Part shown: piece after piece, positions 30,564 through 39,893 of the stretch | How the letters are laid out: the number at the start of each line of letters is the position of its first letter | Numbering within the stretch: the first letter of the stretch is position 1 | From: a virus | DNA: 64,000 nucleotides | Virus record (IMG/VR): IMGVR_UViG_3300035696_000005 | Coordinates: 118,360 to 182,359 of that record | Strand: one strand, 5' to 3' | Notes under the pieces: generated by a model | The model's database searches: none | Seen by the model: only the letters and a program-made list of their open reading frames with translations | Told to the model about the DNA's origin: nothing | Translations under genes and position numbers: made by a program

Positions 30564-32619
30564 TTCTGTTTCTCACTCGTTGGATTAGTTTTTTTGTTAG
30601 ATGTTCCGCAATCTCTTCAACAGAGCTTTGGCTGGATGGATTGAAAAGAGCGTTACGGTCACTGTTCTTTGTTACCATGACATCCATCAAGTCCCAGTCA
30701 ATAGTTTCTGTTCCGTCTCTATACTTGGCCAGAATGTGACCTACGAAAATAGGCCACCTTTGCCCGAGCCTCTCGATTCGTTTGGCTGTTTGATAGTAAT
30801 ACTCGAAGTTGTAATCAAGCGACGCAAATACGAGATGATTCGCCGCTGTAAGCGTAATCCCGTGGGCAGCTGCTGCAGGCTGGAGAATAACAATTCGGCA
30901 TGTGGGATTTTCTTGGAAGTCCCTGATGATTCGAGCTCTCTCCGGAACAGCAACGTCTCCGTTGATAGCTTTTGCGCCAATTCCTGAGTATCGTCGCACA
31001 AGGCAACTAATCTCTTCACGGAACTGGGCTGCGATGACAATCTTTTTATCACCAAGCTCTTCAATGTAGTCATCTAGGTCCTCCCATTTTGGGTTAGATG
31101 TTAGGTGAGCGACTTCCCCGTCTTTACCGAGGAGAAAGCCACTTGTGATTTGGCGAAGTTTCATGATCTTGGATAGGACATTGACGGCTTCCGCGCCGAC
31201 ACGTCTCCCGTCCTGACTCGTGAGTTCTGCGATGAGGTCACGCTCCATTCGATCATAAGCCTCCTCCTGTTCAGCTGTCATATAAGCCACTCGCCTGGTA
31301 TCGGTACGCGGCGGTAGATCAATACAGTCCCGTTGCTCAAAAAATGAACTTGCATTCCGCACTCTAGTGATAAGTGCTTCTTTTTCTTTTTCTCCCCTGA
31401 TTTCGTATTTGATTGCTTCTTTATTTCCTCCCGGCGTTTTGACGTACCCGACTCGAATTGGCTTGAAGTACTCATTTAAAAAATCCTTATACGATGGCTC
31501 TAAAGTAAGCCCACGATCCAAGAAATAGAACTGCTGGAAGAGATCTAAAAAACCGTTCGGATTAGGCGTCCCACTTAAAATAGATCTTCTTTTACATCTC
31601 CAGCTTATATTCACGTGTGCACGTGCAACTTTAGATCTGGGGCTTTTTATTTTGGTGCTCTCATCAATAATCAGCCAGTCAAGATCAAATTCTTTGAATA
31701 TACCTTCGTAAATCCTTACGGAATCGTGGTTAGTAAGATAGACGTCAACATCTGTACGGGCTAGCTCGGATCGGATGAAGGCTTCTCTGGTCTTTTCGGT
31801 GCTTGCAGTGCGTGCTCTAATTGGTCCGAAAGGAGTTTCGCATCCTTCGAGATCGATGGCGACTTTATAATTGGCAAGATGCTTGACCCAGTCATTGCCG
31901 TCGAGTGACGTAGGTCTTTCAAGAACCCTTCCGCTACTTGTTTGAACGTAGCAGACACCTGTTTTTGTCTTTGTCGTGATCGTACCTTCTGGCTTTTCCC
32001 CGTAGTTGCCGATGATCTTTTTTTCTTCGCCGAGGATCGTTTTGTTCGAGAGCGGGGTCCAGAGGATACTGGCTTTAAGCGAAGTAAACTTACCAAGATC
32101 GTCGAACCAGGAAGTGTGCAAAATACTGAGAGGGGCAGATACGAGTATACGCCCCTTTCGTACTTCACCATTCGCAAGACATAATTCGATTGCTCTTCCG
32201 TAGGAACCAGTTTTTCCCAAACCACAGTCAGCGAAGGTTGCTGTGTATGGGTTATTGAGGATAGCTCCGACAATTTTCGTCTGATGCGAGTACGGGATGA
32301 ATTTGCCATTGGGCGGTACCGGATACCTTTCCTGTGAGGCGATTTGTTGAGTTGTTTCTTTTGCAGCTTTATATCGGCTAAGTCTGTCTTTTAGACTATC
32401 TAAATACTGCTGACCTCCGGTTACAACCGGCTTCCTAGGTCCAGTAAGCCATTTAGCAATACGCTGCATATTCTGAGTCGACAATGCATATTCAAACACG
32501 CCGGGCGCTATGTCCTCCACCTTGCCGGTCAGCTTGCTAGCAAAAAGCCAGTCGGCTGGATCTGATAGTTTTAGAATGATCTTAGAGTACGTGAATTTAA
32601 TTTCGTTACTCACATCCAC
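30556..32619 (-). CDS. SNF2-family (SF2) helicase
   Basis: ADCGLGKT, IIDES, LSGTPNPN, ILSKIMKLRQITSG, QPAAAAHGITL, RIERLGQ. Confidence 0.9.
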   Translation of the reverse strand: MDVSNEIKFTYSKIILKLSDPADWLFASKLTGKVEDIAPGVFEYALSTQNMQRIAKWLTGPRKPVVTGGQQYLDSLKDRLSRYKAAKETTQQIASQERYPVPPNGKFIPYSHQTKIVGAILNNPYTATFADCGLGKTGSYGRAIELCLANGEVRKGRILVSAPLSILHTSWFDDLGKFTSLKASILWTPLSNKTILGEEKKIIGNYGEKPEGTITTKTKTGVCYVQTSSGRVLERPTSLDGNDWVKHLANYKVAIDLEGCETPFGPIRARTASTEKTREAFIRSELARTDVDVYLTNHDSVRIYEGIFKEFDLDWLIIDESTKIKSPRSKVARAHVNISWRCKRRSILSGTPNPNGFLDLFQQFYFLDRGLTLEPSYKDFLNEYFKPIRVGYVKTPGGNKEAIKYEIRGEKEKEALITRVRNASSFFEQRDCIDLPPRTDTRRVAYMTAEQEEAYDRMERDLIAELTSQDGRRVGAEAVNVLSKIMKLRQITSGFLLGKDGEVAHLTSNPKWEDLDDYIEELGDKKIVIAAQFREEISCLVRRYSGIGAKAINGDVAVPERARIIRDFQENPTCRIVILQPAAAAHGITLTAANHLVFASLDYNFEYYYQTAKRIERLGQRWPIFVGHILAKYRDGTETIDWDLMDVMVTKNSDRNALFNPSSQSSVEEIAEHLTKKLIQRVRNRNG

Positions 32620-33085
32620 CTCTACGCAGGTATTTAATTGCCGCTTTCAGTAAAGAGATATCATCGCCGAACAGACCTAAGGCATTATTACATGATTTAC
32701 ACAGAAGACCCCTGACTTTGCCTGTTTTGTGGTCGTGATCTATGTGCATGTGTTTAGTACGTACATCACCGCTAGTCCTTCTCATGCAGATAGCACACCG
32801 TCTATTTTGTTTTACAAAAAGATTTACATAATCTAGTTCTGTAAGTCCTCGCCTACTTAAAACCATCTGTCGATTATATTTTTTTCTCTTCTCTGGATTA
32901 GCTTTTCTGTATGCTGTAACTCTGGCATGAAATAGCTGTGGGTTAGCAAGATAACGTTTTCTTGCTCTTTTGCTGGAACATTTTTTACAGAGTCTGACAA
33001 ACTTACCTTTTCCGTCAACGTAACTGTAATGTTTCCTACTACCACATTTCCTACATCTATAAGCCTTCCTTGGCTTCTTTTTCAT
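32606..33085 (-). CDS. Endonuclease VII-family free-standing nuclease
   Basis: QNRRCAIC..IDHDHKTGKVRGLLCKSCNNALG.F.DD..LL..AI.YL. Confidence 0.9.
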   Translation of the reverse strand: MKKKPRKAYRCRKCGSRKHYSYVDGKGKFVRLCKKCSSKRARKRYLANPQLFHARVTAYRKANPEKRKKYNRQMVLSRRGLTELDYVNLFVKQNRRCAICMRRTSGDVRTKHMHIDHDHKTGKVRGLLCKSCNNALGLFGDDISLLKAAIKYLRRGGCE

Positions 33086-33094
33086 AATCTCTCC

Positions 33095-33811
33095 TTAAAG
33101 ACTGCTATACCTTTCTTTTGGATTCGTCGCTTGCTCTAACCTCGAAAGCGTCGGAGACACAAACGGATTAGGCGGACGAGTTGTCGTAGTGGACGTAAGA
33201 CTCTTAGTCGGCTCATTAGGAACCTCCTTCGCTCTATGAAACTCATTCCAATAAGCGCAAGTCTGAAGTTTGCAATCTTCGCAGGTCGCTCTCTTACTTG
33301 TATCCCTGATCTTGGGATCAGTGTTGTAGAGTCTGCAGCGGTTGCAATAAGTCCTCACATGCTCTTTACCGCCACTCCACTCTGTGACGTTAGCGCTGCA
33401 ATAGCCCATAGGAACGAGTACACCACAGTCGTCACAAGCAGCGTGATTAGGACGATCCATGATTTCAATCATCCCGTGAGGTACGACATTCTTGTTGTCA
33501 TAGAGCCACACTTGAAGAAGCTCAAGCTTCTTGTAATCAAGGTGACCTTCCTCCATACCGAAGTAGCCTTCTTTGTAATAGGTCTTGAGGTAACTCGCTG
33601 GCTCAGCCTTAAAGGTATCGCGGAGAAGCTTATATAAGATTCTATGCCCGTCTGACCGCTTAGAGAGATACCCAAAGACGATCTGAGTGATAAAGGTGAT
33701 ATCATCCACCGAAAGATTGATGCCGCACTGATGAAGAAGCTTACGAGCCTCCTCCACCATAGGTGGGTGGGACGGGGGGAGCGAACGCGACCACTGGATT
33801 CTGGGATTCAT
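33095..33811 (-). CDS. Hypothetical protein with several CxxC motifs
   Basis: CDDC, CNRC, CEDC; GGAGG RBS before ATG 33811. Confidence 0.65.
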   Translation of the reverse strand: MNPRIQWSRSLPPSHPPMVEEARKLLHQCGINLSVDDITFITQIVFGYLSKRSDGHRILYKLLRDTFKAEPASYLKTYYKEGYFGMEEGHLDYKKLELLQVWLYDNKNVVPHGMIEIMDRPNHAACDDCGVLVPMGYCSANVTEWSGGKEHVRTYCNRCRLYNTDPKIRDTSKRATCEDCKLQTCAYWNEFHRAKEVPNEPTKSLTSTTTTRPPNPFVSPTLSRLEQATNPKERYSSL

Positions 33812-34259
33812 GTTGAACCTCCTGCATAATGATAGGTTGTTGCTGCTGTTGTTTGGTTTGTTCTTCTGTTTTGATGAAATGCGTTGGGTGGTGTTTACCA
33901 CCTGCTTCTAAAAACTGTTCGTATGCTTTAGCGATTTCTCCTATGCGAATTCCTAGCTTCACTAGTATTCTTATATCCTCTACGCGTGTTCTTTTGCCCG
34001 CCAAGTTCTCAAAAATAATGAGAGTATCGTTTGCGATGTTGTTGGCTTTATCAATCGGCATGACTGCCAGCACGTCGATCAGTTTTTCTGAGTTAATGTA
34101 TTTGAGATGTTGTTCTGAGAGAGTATAGGGTAGCGTATAGGCTTCTAGTGCCTGCTTTCCCAGAGGTAGCCCGCAACTGGGGCAGCTCGTGGTTGTTTCG
34201 ATTGAGCTGATGCCCTCTTCACAGCGTGGGCACAGGAAGACTCTTTTGATAACGGCCAT
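33741..34259 (-). CDS. Hypothetical protein with N-terminal zinc ribbon
   Basis: CPRC..CPSC; 172 aa. Confidence 0.65.
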   Translation of the reverse strand: MAVIKRVFLCPRCEEGISSIETTTSCPSCGLPLGKQALEAYTLPYTLSEQHLKYINSEKLIDVLAVMPIDKANNIANDTLIIFENLAGKRTRVEDIRILVKLGIRIGEIAKAYEQFLEAGGKHHPTHFIKTEEQTKQQQQQPIIMQEVQHESQNPVVAFAPPVPPTYGGGGS

Positions 34260-34272
34260 TTTTTCCTACCTC

Positions 34273-34302
34273 TTGACTTTATCCTAACTGACCGGATACA
34301 GT
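34273..34302 (+). promoter_or_regulatory. Sigma70-like promoter at the start of the tail module
   Basis: TTGACT-18 nt-TACAGT at the strand switch. Confidence 0.45.
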
Positions 34303-34331
34303 ATGAAAAGGTTCTTTAAGGAGATACCACG

Positions 34332-35027
34332 ATGGAAGGCAGCTTCAAGGCACAAGGTTCGTTCGGAATTCCGGAACACGTCAAAAGGGAAATGGAAGCA
34401 GTCCGAAAGAGAGTCCCCGCTGCCGAAGCAGAAGCAAAGGCGACGCAGCCCCATCATCCACGTGCCCCAGCACCTGAAAAAGTAAACGAGCCGGAACCCA
34501 CCCCCACACAAGAACTCAGCAAAGAACTCGCTCCCGAAGAAGCTAAACAAAAGACTGCCGAAGAAACCGAATACGAAGAACTCGTTAAAAGGAAAAACTA
34601 CTGGGAAAAGCAGCTTGAGATCGAGATTACTGGTGAAGATCTCCAAGACTACTTGTTCAAGGGGCGCATCATCAAAGATGGAATCTATCTGACCTCCTAT
34701 AAAGTTAAAGGCGCTGAGAAAGATTTCAGGGTGAAGCTTCAATCACTTAACCCGAATGACTCAACAGAGATTGACGAAAAGATGGCTGCATTCCGCGACA
34801 AGGGAAAGTACACAGCAGCGGGTATCGATAATGAGCAAGCTCTTGTGACGCTCTCTTATGGGTTGCTAGCAGCCGACGGAAGGCCGCTTGGAAAAACACC
34901 AGACGAGCGGTACAAGAATATCTGCCAATTCGGTGGACTCACCGTCAACATGCTCGCTAGTGCATGGAAGGGCTTCAACTACCTCCTTGACTACGCCCTA
35001 CAGGAAAAAAAACTCTTAAAAAAGTAG
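34332..35027 (+). CDS. Tail assembly chaperone (G-like)
   Basis: Upstream of tape measure gene; ends in slippery A AAA AAG; AAGGAG RBS. Confidence 0.65.
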   Translation: MEGSFKAQGSFGIPEHVKREMEAVRKRVPAAEAEAKATQPHHPRAPAPEKVNEPEPTPTQELSKELAPEEAKQKTAEETEYEELVKRKNYWEKQLEIEITGEDLQDYLFKGRIIKDGIYLTSYKVKGAEKDFRVKLQSLNPNDSTEIDEKMAAFRDKGKYTAAGIDNEQALVTLSYGLLAADGRPLGKTPDERYKNICQFGGLTVNMLASAWKGFNYLLDYALQEKKLLKK

Positions 35028-35401
35028 TAAACTCCGCCGAAGTAAAAAGTCTGCTTGATTTGAGGCTTGCGGGCTTTAATTTCAGTGAGCTTAATCCCTT
35101 GGAACGAGATCTCTTGCTCAATCGTTTAGCCGAAGTGAAGCAAGTCACCTACTTTCAAATGATGACCATAGTTTATGCAATCATGGAAGGCGCTAAGATG
35201 GTTGCAAGCGGTGAAGGTAGCTTTAATAAAACCTCAGACATGCTGAAGTACGTTCGAGATATTATGTTCCCTGAAGTGGCTGAACAGACTGAGAAAAAAG
35301 CAGAAAGAACCAAGGCCCTCATCGAGAAAGAAATGAGCCGTGGACCAATCAAATTTCAGACCCGCGACTACGGGAAACAAAAGAGGAAAAAGAAGCGTTA
35401 A
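35018..35401 (+). CDS. -1 frame extension of chaperone (GT-like)
   Basis: A AAA AAG at 35018..35024; -1 frame is open (KKVVNSAEVKSLLDLRLAGF..) into ORF 35060..35401. Confidence 0.65.
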   Translation, partial: KKVVNSAEVKSLLDLRLAGFNFSELNPLERDLLLNRLAEVKQVTYFQMMTIVYAIMEGAKMVASGEGSFNKTSDMLKYVRDIMFPEVAEQTEKKAERTKALIEKEMSRGPIKFQTRDYGKQKRKKKR

Positions 35402-35435
35402 GTACCTTTTGCCACTATGTTAAACTGAGTGGTGT

Positions 35436-38400
35436 ATGGCCTTTGACCAGAACATAACGTATCGCGTCAACGTAGACGATTCGAATTTCCAGGCCAAGCT
35501 CTCGCAGATGAGAGCAAGCATGGACATGACGATGGGGGGCATGGGCGGCTTCGGCGGCATGATGCCCACGGGTGCTGCCTTCGGCGCGATGATGGCTCCT
35601 TTTGGTGGCGGCTATACGGGCGGCGTAATGAGCGGACTCGCCGACTTCGGTGCCCAAATTAGACCCGTCACTTACACCCCTCCCGCCATTGCGATGCAGC
35701 CTCATTTTGGAATGATTGCGCTCCAGCAAACAACCGGACAAGCCATGATGGGTGCAATGGGTCCTTTGGGTATCGGTCTTCAAGGTGCCGGGCACTTCTT
35801 AAGACACCCCTTCAGTGCTCAACCAGATGTCATTCCTCAACAGATCTCGGCTGCTGAGTACATGACTCTTTCATCAAGAGCATTTGCCACACGTGCAGGA
35901 GATGCGGCAGCTACTGGCGCTTACGTGGCTTCTAGCGTTGCTGCAAGCCTCGTAGGTGGCACCATTGGTGGTATTGCAGGTACAGCTCTTGGCGGACCAG
36001 TTGGTGGCTTTATTGGAAGCGTGCTGGGTAGCCAAGCCACAGATATGGTGATGGGTCCTGTTGGCACAATGATGACCGCTAACAGAGCTGTTCAAACTCA
36101 GCTTGAGGCTGGATCATTTCGCTTTATCTCTGGTGGCCCTGATGTCGATCCACTGACAGGTCGTGGCTTTGGTCGTAGAGCTCGTGCTGAGGTAGCGGAT
36201 TTCATTCAATCTCAAGAACTCAGAGATCCCCGCTTTGGCATGGGTGAGATGAGACAAGTTCTTGAGGGTGGCATGCAGATGGACCTCTTTTCAGGAACGA
36301 GAGATGTCCAGCAGTTCAAGGAAAGATTCTCAGGGCTTGTCAGCACTTTGAAAACCGTCACTGCAACACTTCACACAAGCCTTCAAGAAGGAATGGAAGT
36401 CGTTCGCGGGATGCGAGACATTGGCATTACCGATCCAGGTCAGGTAGTTGGAATGACCATGAAAGCCGAGACGATGGGACGCATGGCAGGCCGTACTGGT
36501 TCTGAGATGCTTGCTATCGGACAAGCAGGCGCTGAAATCTTTCGCGGTACTGGCATTCGAATGGGTCTTGGTTTTGAAGCTAATATGCAGAACGCTACGA
36601 TGGTTCGCCAGATGCTTAACCAGGGCGTAATCACCCGGGAGAATATCGCACAAGCAGGCGGCGAAAACGCCATGGCTCAACAGATGACTGCAAGCGCCCT
36701 TGCTTCAACCCAAACAGCGATGGGTCGCGGCATCTTGATGGCAAATTTCAATCCAGCTACCGGTGCGCTTGATCCCAATATGGCTACCAACATGGCTAAT
36801 CGTGGAGTATTTGGGCTATTAGGTCGTGCAGCTGCCATGTCCCCTCAAGCCATCATGAGTTTTCAGGCAAGGCAAGAAGACGTCATCAGTCAGATGAATC
36901 CGATGCAGCTTCAGCTCTTTGGAATCCAGTCCGATATGATGCAGGCTCGTATGGTGACTGATTCGATCTCAGGCACACGCCGTGGAACTCCTGAGTATCA
37001 ACAAGCTCTGGAAGATAACTTCATCAATGCGGAAAAACGCCGTGGTGTCCCAATCGATATCATCAAAGCCAACATGGGCATGATGAAAGCCGATCCGGAT
37101 AAACTCAAGCAGGACCAGGAAGCAGCGATGGCTACCATGGGTCAGCAGGCTGCTATGGAAGATATCAGGAATACCTATAGTTTAAAGCGTGTTACCAACG
37201 CTCTGAGCAGAACTTTTGTTCAGCCGCTTCAAAGAGAATTTACAGCTATCAGTACTGCAGTTGGGCTTGGTGTCGAGAGAGCTACGATGAGCCTCATGGG
37301 TGGTACTACGGTTGACTCTCTTTTTCTCGGACCAAGAACAATGTCTATGGCCCAAAACTTGGCTCAGCATCCTCTCGTTGCTGCTCCTACTGAAAAAGCA
37401 GGCGAAGTGCTGGACCTTCGTGGGAGCCTCTACCAAAGAGCGGTTGGTGGACAGACCTCTGGCGCTTTGGCTGCAGATATCTTTAAGTTCGGTACTCAGG
37501 GTGCTGCGGCAAACGAAGTCAACTTTATGGGCGGCACTGCCCTGAAGTTCAAATCCGAAGCAGACGTGAAGGCATATGCCGAAAGAGAGCACGTTGCTAT
37601 GAGAATCCTTGGCGAGAAGAATGGGGAGATTCTCGCAGTTTCTTCTACGCAGGAAGAGAAGATGCTTAAAAGGAGAGATCAGCTTATTCCAACAGCCAAA
37701 GACAAAGAGGCTGCTGAGAAGTTCAAAACCTCATCTGAAACAGACCAAGCGCTTCAAGATATGGCTATCCGAGAAGAACAGACGGGAGTTGCTACCGGAG
37801 TTAAAGACATCTCCGCTGTTCTCATGAAAGAGAAAGGCTTTCAAAAGCTCAGTGTTGCTGCTCAAGGCGAAGTTTTGGCTAGAGTCTCTAGGCAAGCAGG
37901 TTTCACTAAGGCGGGTGAGCAAATTGAGGCTGTTCGTGGCAAAGCTCTTGCTAACGCTGGCATGGCAACGACGGCTCAGGAAATCCAAGCTGGCGTGAAG
38001 GCTGGTAGGGCGGTTCAAGCACAGTTTTCGGATATCGCTGGCGGCGGAGCCCTTAAAGGTGCCTTGCTTGGGACGGCGGGCGTATTCGGAATCCACACCG
38101 CTGCTGATGATGCAAGCCGGGCCATTGGTAAGATGAACATGGATCAGTTCAATCAACTCGCCATTGTTGCGACTGACCCAACCTCCACAGAAGGCAAATC
38201 CGCTGCTGCAGCCCTGGAGGCTGAAGGTGTTTCTGCAAGCGTGATTAAAGTCGCCAGAGAAGACATCCATAAGAGGCTTATGGAGAAAGGTCAGATCTCT
38301 GATGTAAAAGCGCAGATCGCAGAATCCCAACGTGCTATTCGAGCAGGCGCTGCTACCGCAGAAGCAACTGGAGCGGCTGTTACTGGTGCTGGTGTTGGAG

Positions 38401-38516
38401 AAATATCAAAAGATACTTTGGCTTCAATGCGTACGATGTCTGATCAACTTGTTAAGAATATGGAGATGCTCATCGCCCTTCAGAAGCAATTTAATCAACT
38501 TCAAGGAAGCAGGTAA
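35436..38516 (+). CDS. Tape measure protein
   Basis: 1026 aa, Ala/Gly/Met-rich helical, follows the G/GT pair. Confidence 0.75.
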   Translation: MAFDQNITYRVNVDDSNFQAKLSQMRASMDMTMGGMGGFGGMMPTGAAFGAMMAPFGGGYTGGVMSGLADFGAQIRPVTYTPPAIAMQPHFGMIALQQTTGQAMMGAMGPLGIGLQGAGHFLRHPFSAQPDVIPQQISAAEYMTLSSRAFATRAGDAAATGAYVASSVAASLVGGTIGGIAGTALGGPVGGFIGSVLGSQATDMVMGPVGTMMTANRAVQTQLEAGSFRFISGGPDVDPLTGRGFGRRARAEVADFIQSQELRDPRFGMGEMRQVLEGGMQMDLFSGTRDVQQFKERFSGLVSTLKTVTATLHTSLQEGMEVVRGMRDIGITDPGQVVGMTMKAETMGRMAGRTGSEMLAIGQAGAEIFRGTGIRMGLGFEANMQNATMVRQMLNQGVITRENIAQAGGENAMAQQMTASALASTQTAMGRGILMANFNPATGALDPNMATNMANRGVFGLLGRAAAMSPQAIMSFQARQEDVISQMNPMQLQLFGIQSDMMQARMVTDSISGTRRGTPEYQQALEDNFINAEKRRGVPIDIIKANMGMMKADPDKLKQDQEAAMATMGQQAAMEDIRNTYSLKRVTNALSRTFVQPLQREFTAISTAVGLGVERATMSLMGGTTVDSLFLGPRTMSMAQNLAQHPLVAAPTEKAGEVLDLRGSLYQRAVGGQTSGALAADIFKFGTQGAAANEVNFMGGTALKFKSEADVKAYAEREHVAMRILGEKNGEILAVSSTQEEKMLKRRDQLIPTAKDKEAAEKFKTSSETDQALQDMAIREEQTGVATGVKDISAVLMKEKGFQKLSVAAQGEVLARVSRQAGFTKAGEQIEAVRGKALANAGMATTAQEIQAGVKAGRAVQAQFSDIAGGGALKGALLGTAGVFGIHTAADDASRAIGKMNMDQFNQLAIVATDPTSTEGKSAAAALEAEGVSASVIKVAREDIHKRLMEKGQISDVKAQIAESQRAIRAGAATAEATGAAVTGAGVGEISKDTLASMRTMSDQLVKNMEMLIALQKQFNQLQGSR

Positions 38517-38572
38517 GCCTGCTATAATGAGCCAAACCACACCTCAGAAGATGAGCGTAGCTGGGAGGAACC

Positions 38573-38803
38573 ATGGGCCAGGTTGTTAGTAGTACAGTTG
38601 GTATCGCAGACACGGGAATTGGACCCGTCTCAGTCACGGTGTCAATCATGAACAACTTTGATATCGATGACTTCGTTCATTCAGTCGTTCGGGCTCAGTG
38701 TATCCAACTCCAGCTGATCAACGCTATTCAGACAGCGGACCCTAGCCTGGCAACGAATCGTCCCCCACTCAACATTAACGGCAATGTTATTGGTGGGTAT
38801 TAA
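38573..38803 (+). CDS. Hypothetical protein, 76 aa
   Basis: GGGAGG RBS; TAATG coupling. Confidence 0.6.
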   Translation: MGQVVSSTVGIADTGIGPVSVTVSIMNNFDIDDFVHSVVRAQCIQLQLINAIQTADPSLATNRPPLNINGNVIGGY

Positions 38804-39882
38804 TGGCACAAAGTGTTCTTAGCTCTGGTCAGAGCCCCGCAAGCCTACTAAATACCAACTCCACGGGCACTGGAAACTATGCCCTTCTTACGGGGAAACT
38901 TACCGATTCCTCTGCGATTTCAGGAACGAATGTCGGACCCATTGGATCATCGCTCGCAGTTCCGGCTGCTCCACAGACTATCCAGCAAATGCTAACCCCT
39001 GGTGGTGGGTCGGTAAATCAAACGGAAGTTTTGCAGATGCAGTCGCAGCCCGCAACAACGCCCGACTCTAATGCGACTTCAACGAGCATCAACTTCAGTA
39101 ACGACGCTTATCGTAATACACCAGGACTCGGAATTACTTCCAGCGTAAGCGGAGACACGGTTACTACACCGCGAGAGCTTGGTGACTCGGCAGATAACGT
39201 TGCTTCAATCAGCCTTTCAAGCCAACTGATTGGGCCGAATTCGAACGCTACACCAACAAGCAACACAATCTTGAGTGCTTACTCGCGGTTCTTTTTGCAA
39301 TCGATTAATGAATCTCAGGTTGAGAAGTACCAGGTGGTAGAAACATTCACAGCCTATTATACTTTCTTCTACGGAAAGAGACCCCCTGTCTACAATTTCC
39401 GTGGTGCTTTGCTTAACGACGAGAACCACAAGTGGACCAACGATCTGATGTTCTTCTACGAGAACTTCTTAAGAGGCACACAAACTGTCAGCCTGGGTGC
39501 ACAAGCTATCATCAGCTATGACGGTCGTTTGATCAGTGGCTTTCTCCTCAATCTGAATATCAATCAAACAGCCGACCTGAACAAGGGCGCTGCGTTCTCT
39601 TTCGATGTGCTTGTCACAGATCACGTGCAAACTTATTTCAGTGCGGATATCAGTAGCCTTATTTCTAACGCAAGAGCTCTGCTAGCAGCAAGGCAGCAAC
39701 AGATTGAGCAGCAGATCAGCCAGATTACTTCTTCGGTCGCTCCTGGGAAAGCAGCACTGAATTCTCTTCTTGTTACCAATGGGCAGCAAAAGGCAAACTC
39801 TGTGTTAGCATCCGGTGTGACCCCCACCGTAACACCGGTAAGCGTTCAGGCGCCGACATTCGTTTCTACAGCGAACTTTTAA
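38803..39882 (+). CDS. Tail-associated structural protein (tube initiator-like)
   Basis: Position after tape measure; ESQVEKYQVVETF..FFYGKRPPVYNFRG.L beta-rich domain. Confidence 0.5.
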   Translation: MAQSVLSSGQSPASLLNTNSTGTGNYALLTGKLTDSSAISGTNVGPIGSSLAVPAAPQTIQQMLTPGGGSVNQTEVLQMQSQPATTPDSNATSTSINFSNDAYRNTPGLGITSSVSGDTVTTPRELGDSADNVASISLSSQLIGPNSNATPTSNTILSAYSRFFLQSINESQVEKYQVVETFTAYYTFFYGKRPPVYNFRGALLNDENHKWTNDLMFFYENFLRGTQTVSLGAQAIISYDGRLISGFLLNLNINQTADLNKGAAFSFDVLVTDHVQTYFSADISSLISNARALLAARQQQIEQQISQITSSVAPGKAALNSLLVTNGQQKANSVLASGVTPTVTPVSVQAPTFVSTANF

Positions 39883-39893
39883 GGATAATCACG

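Noticed and set aside
31761-32110. Intein in the SNF2 helicase
   Set aside because: No N-terminal Cys/Ser block or terminal His-Asn followed by Cys/Ser/Thr; too short
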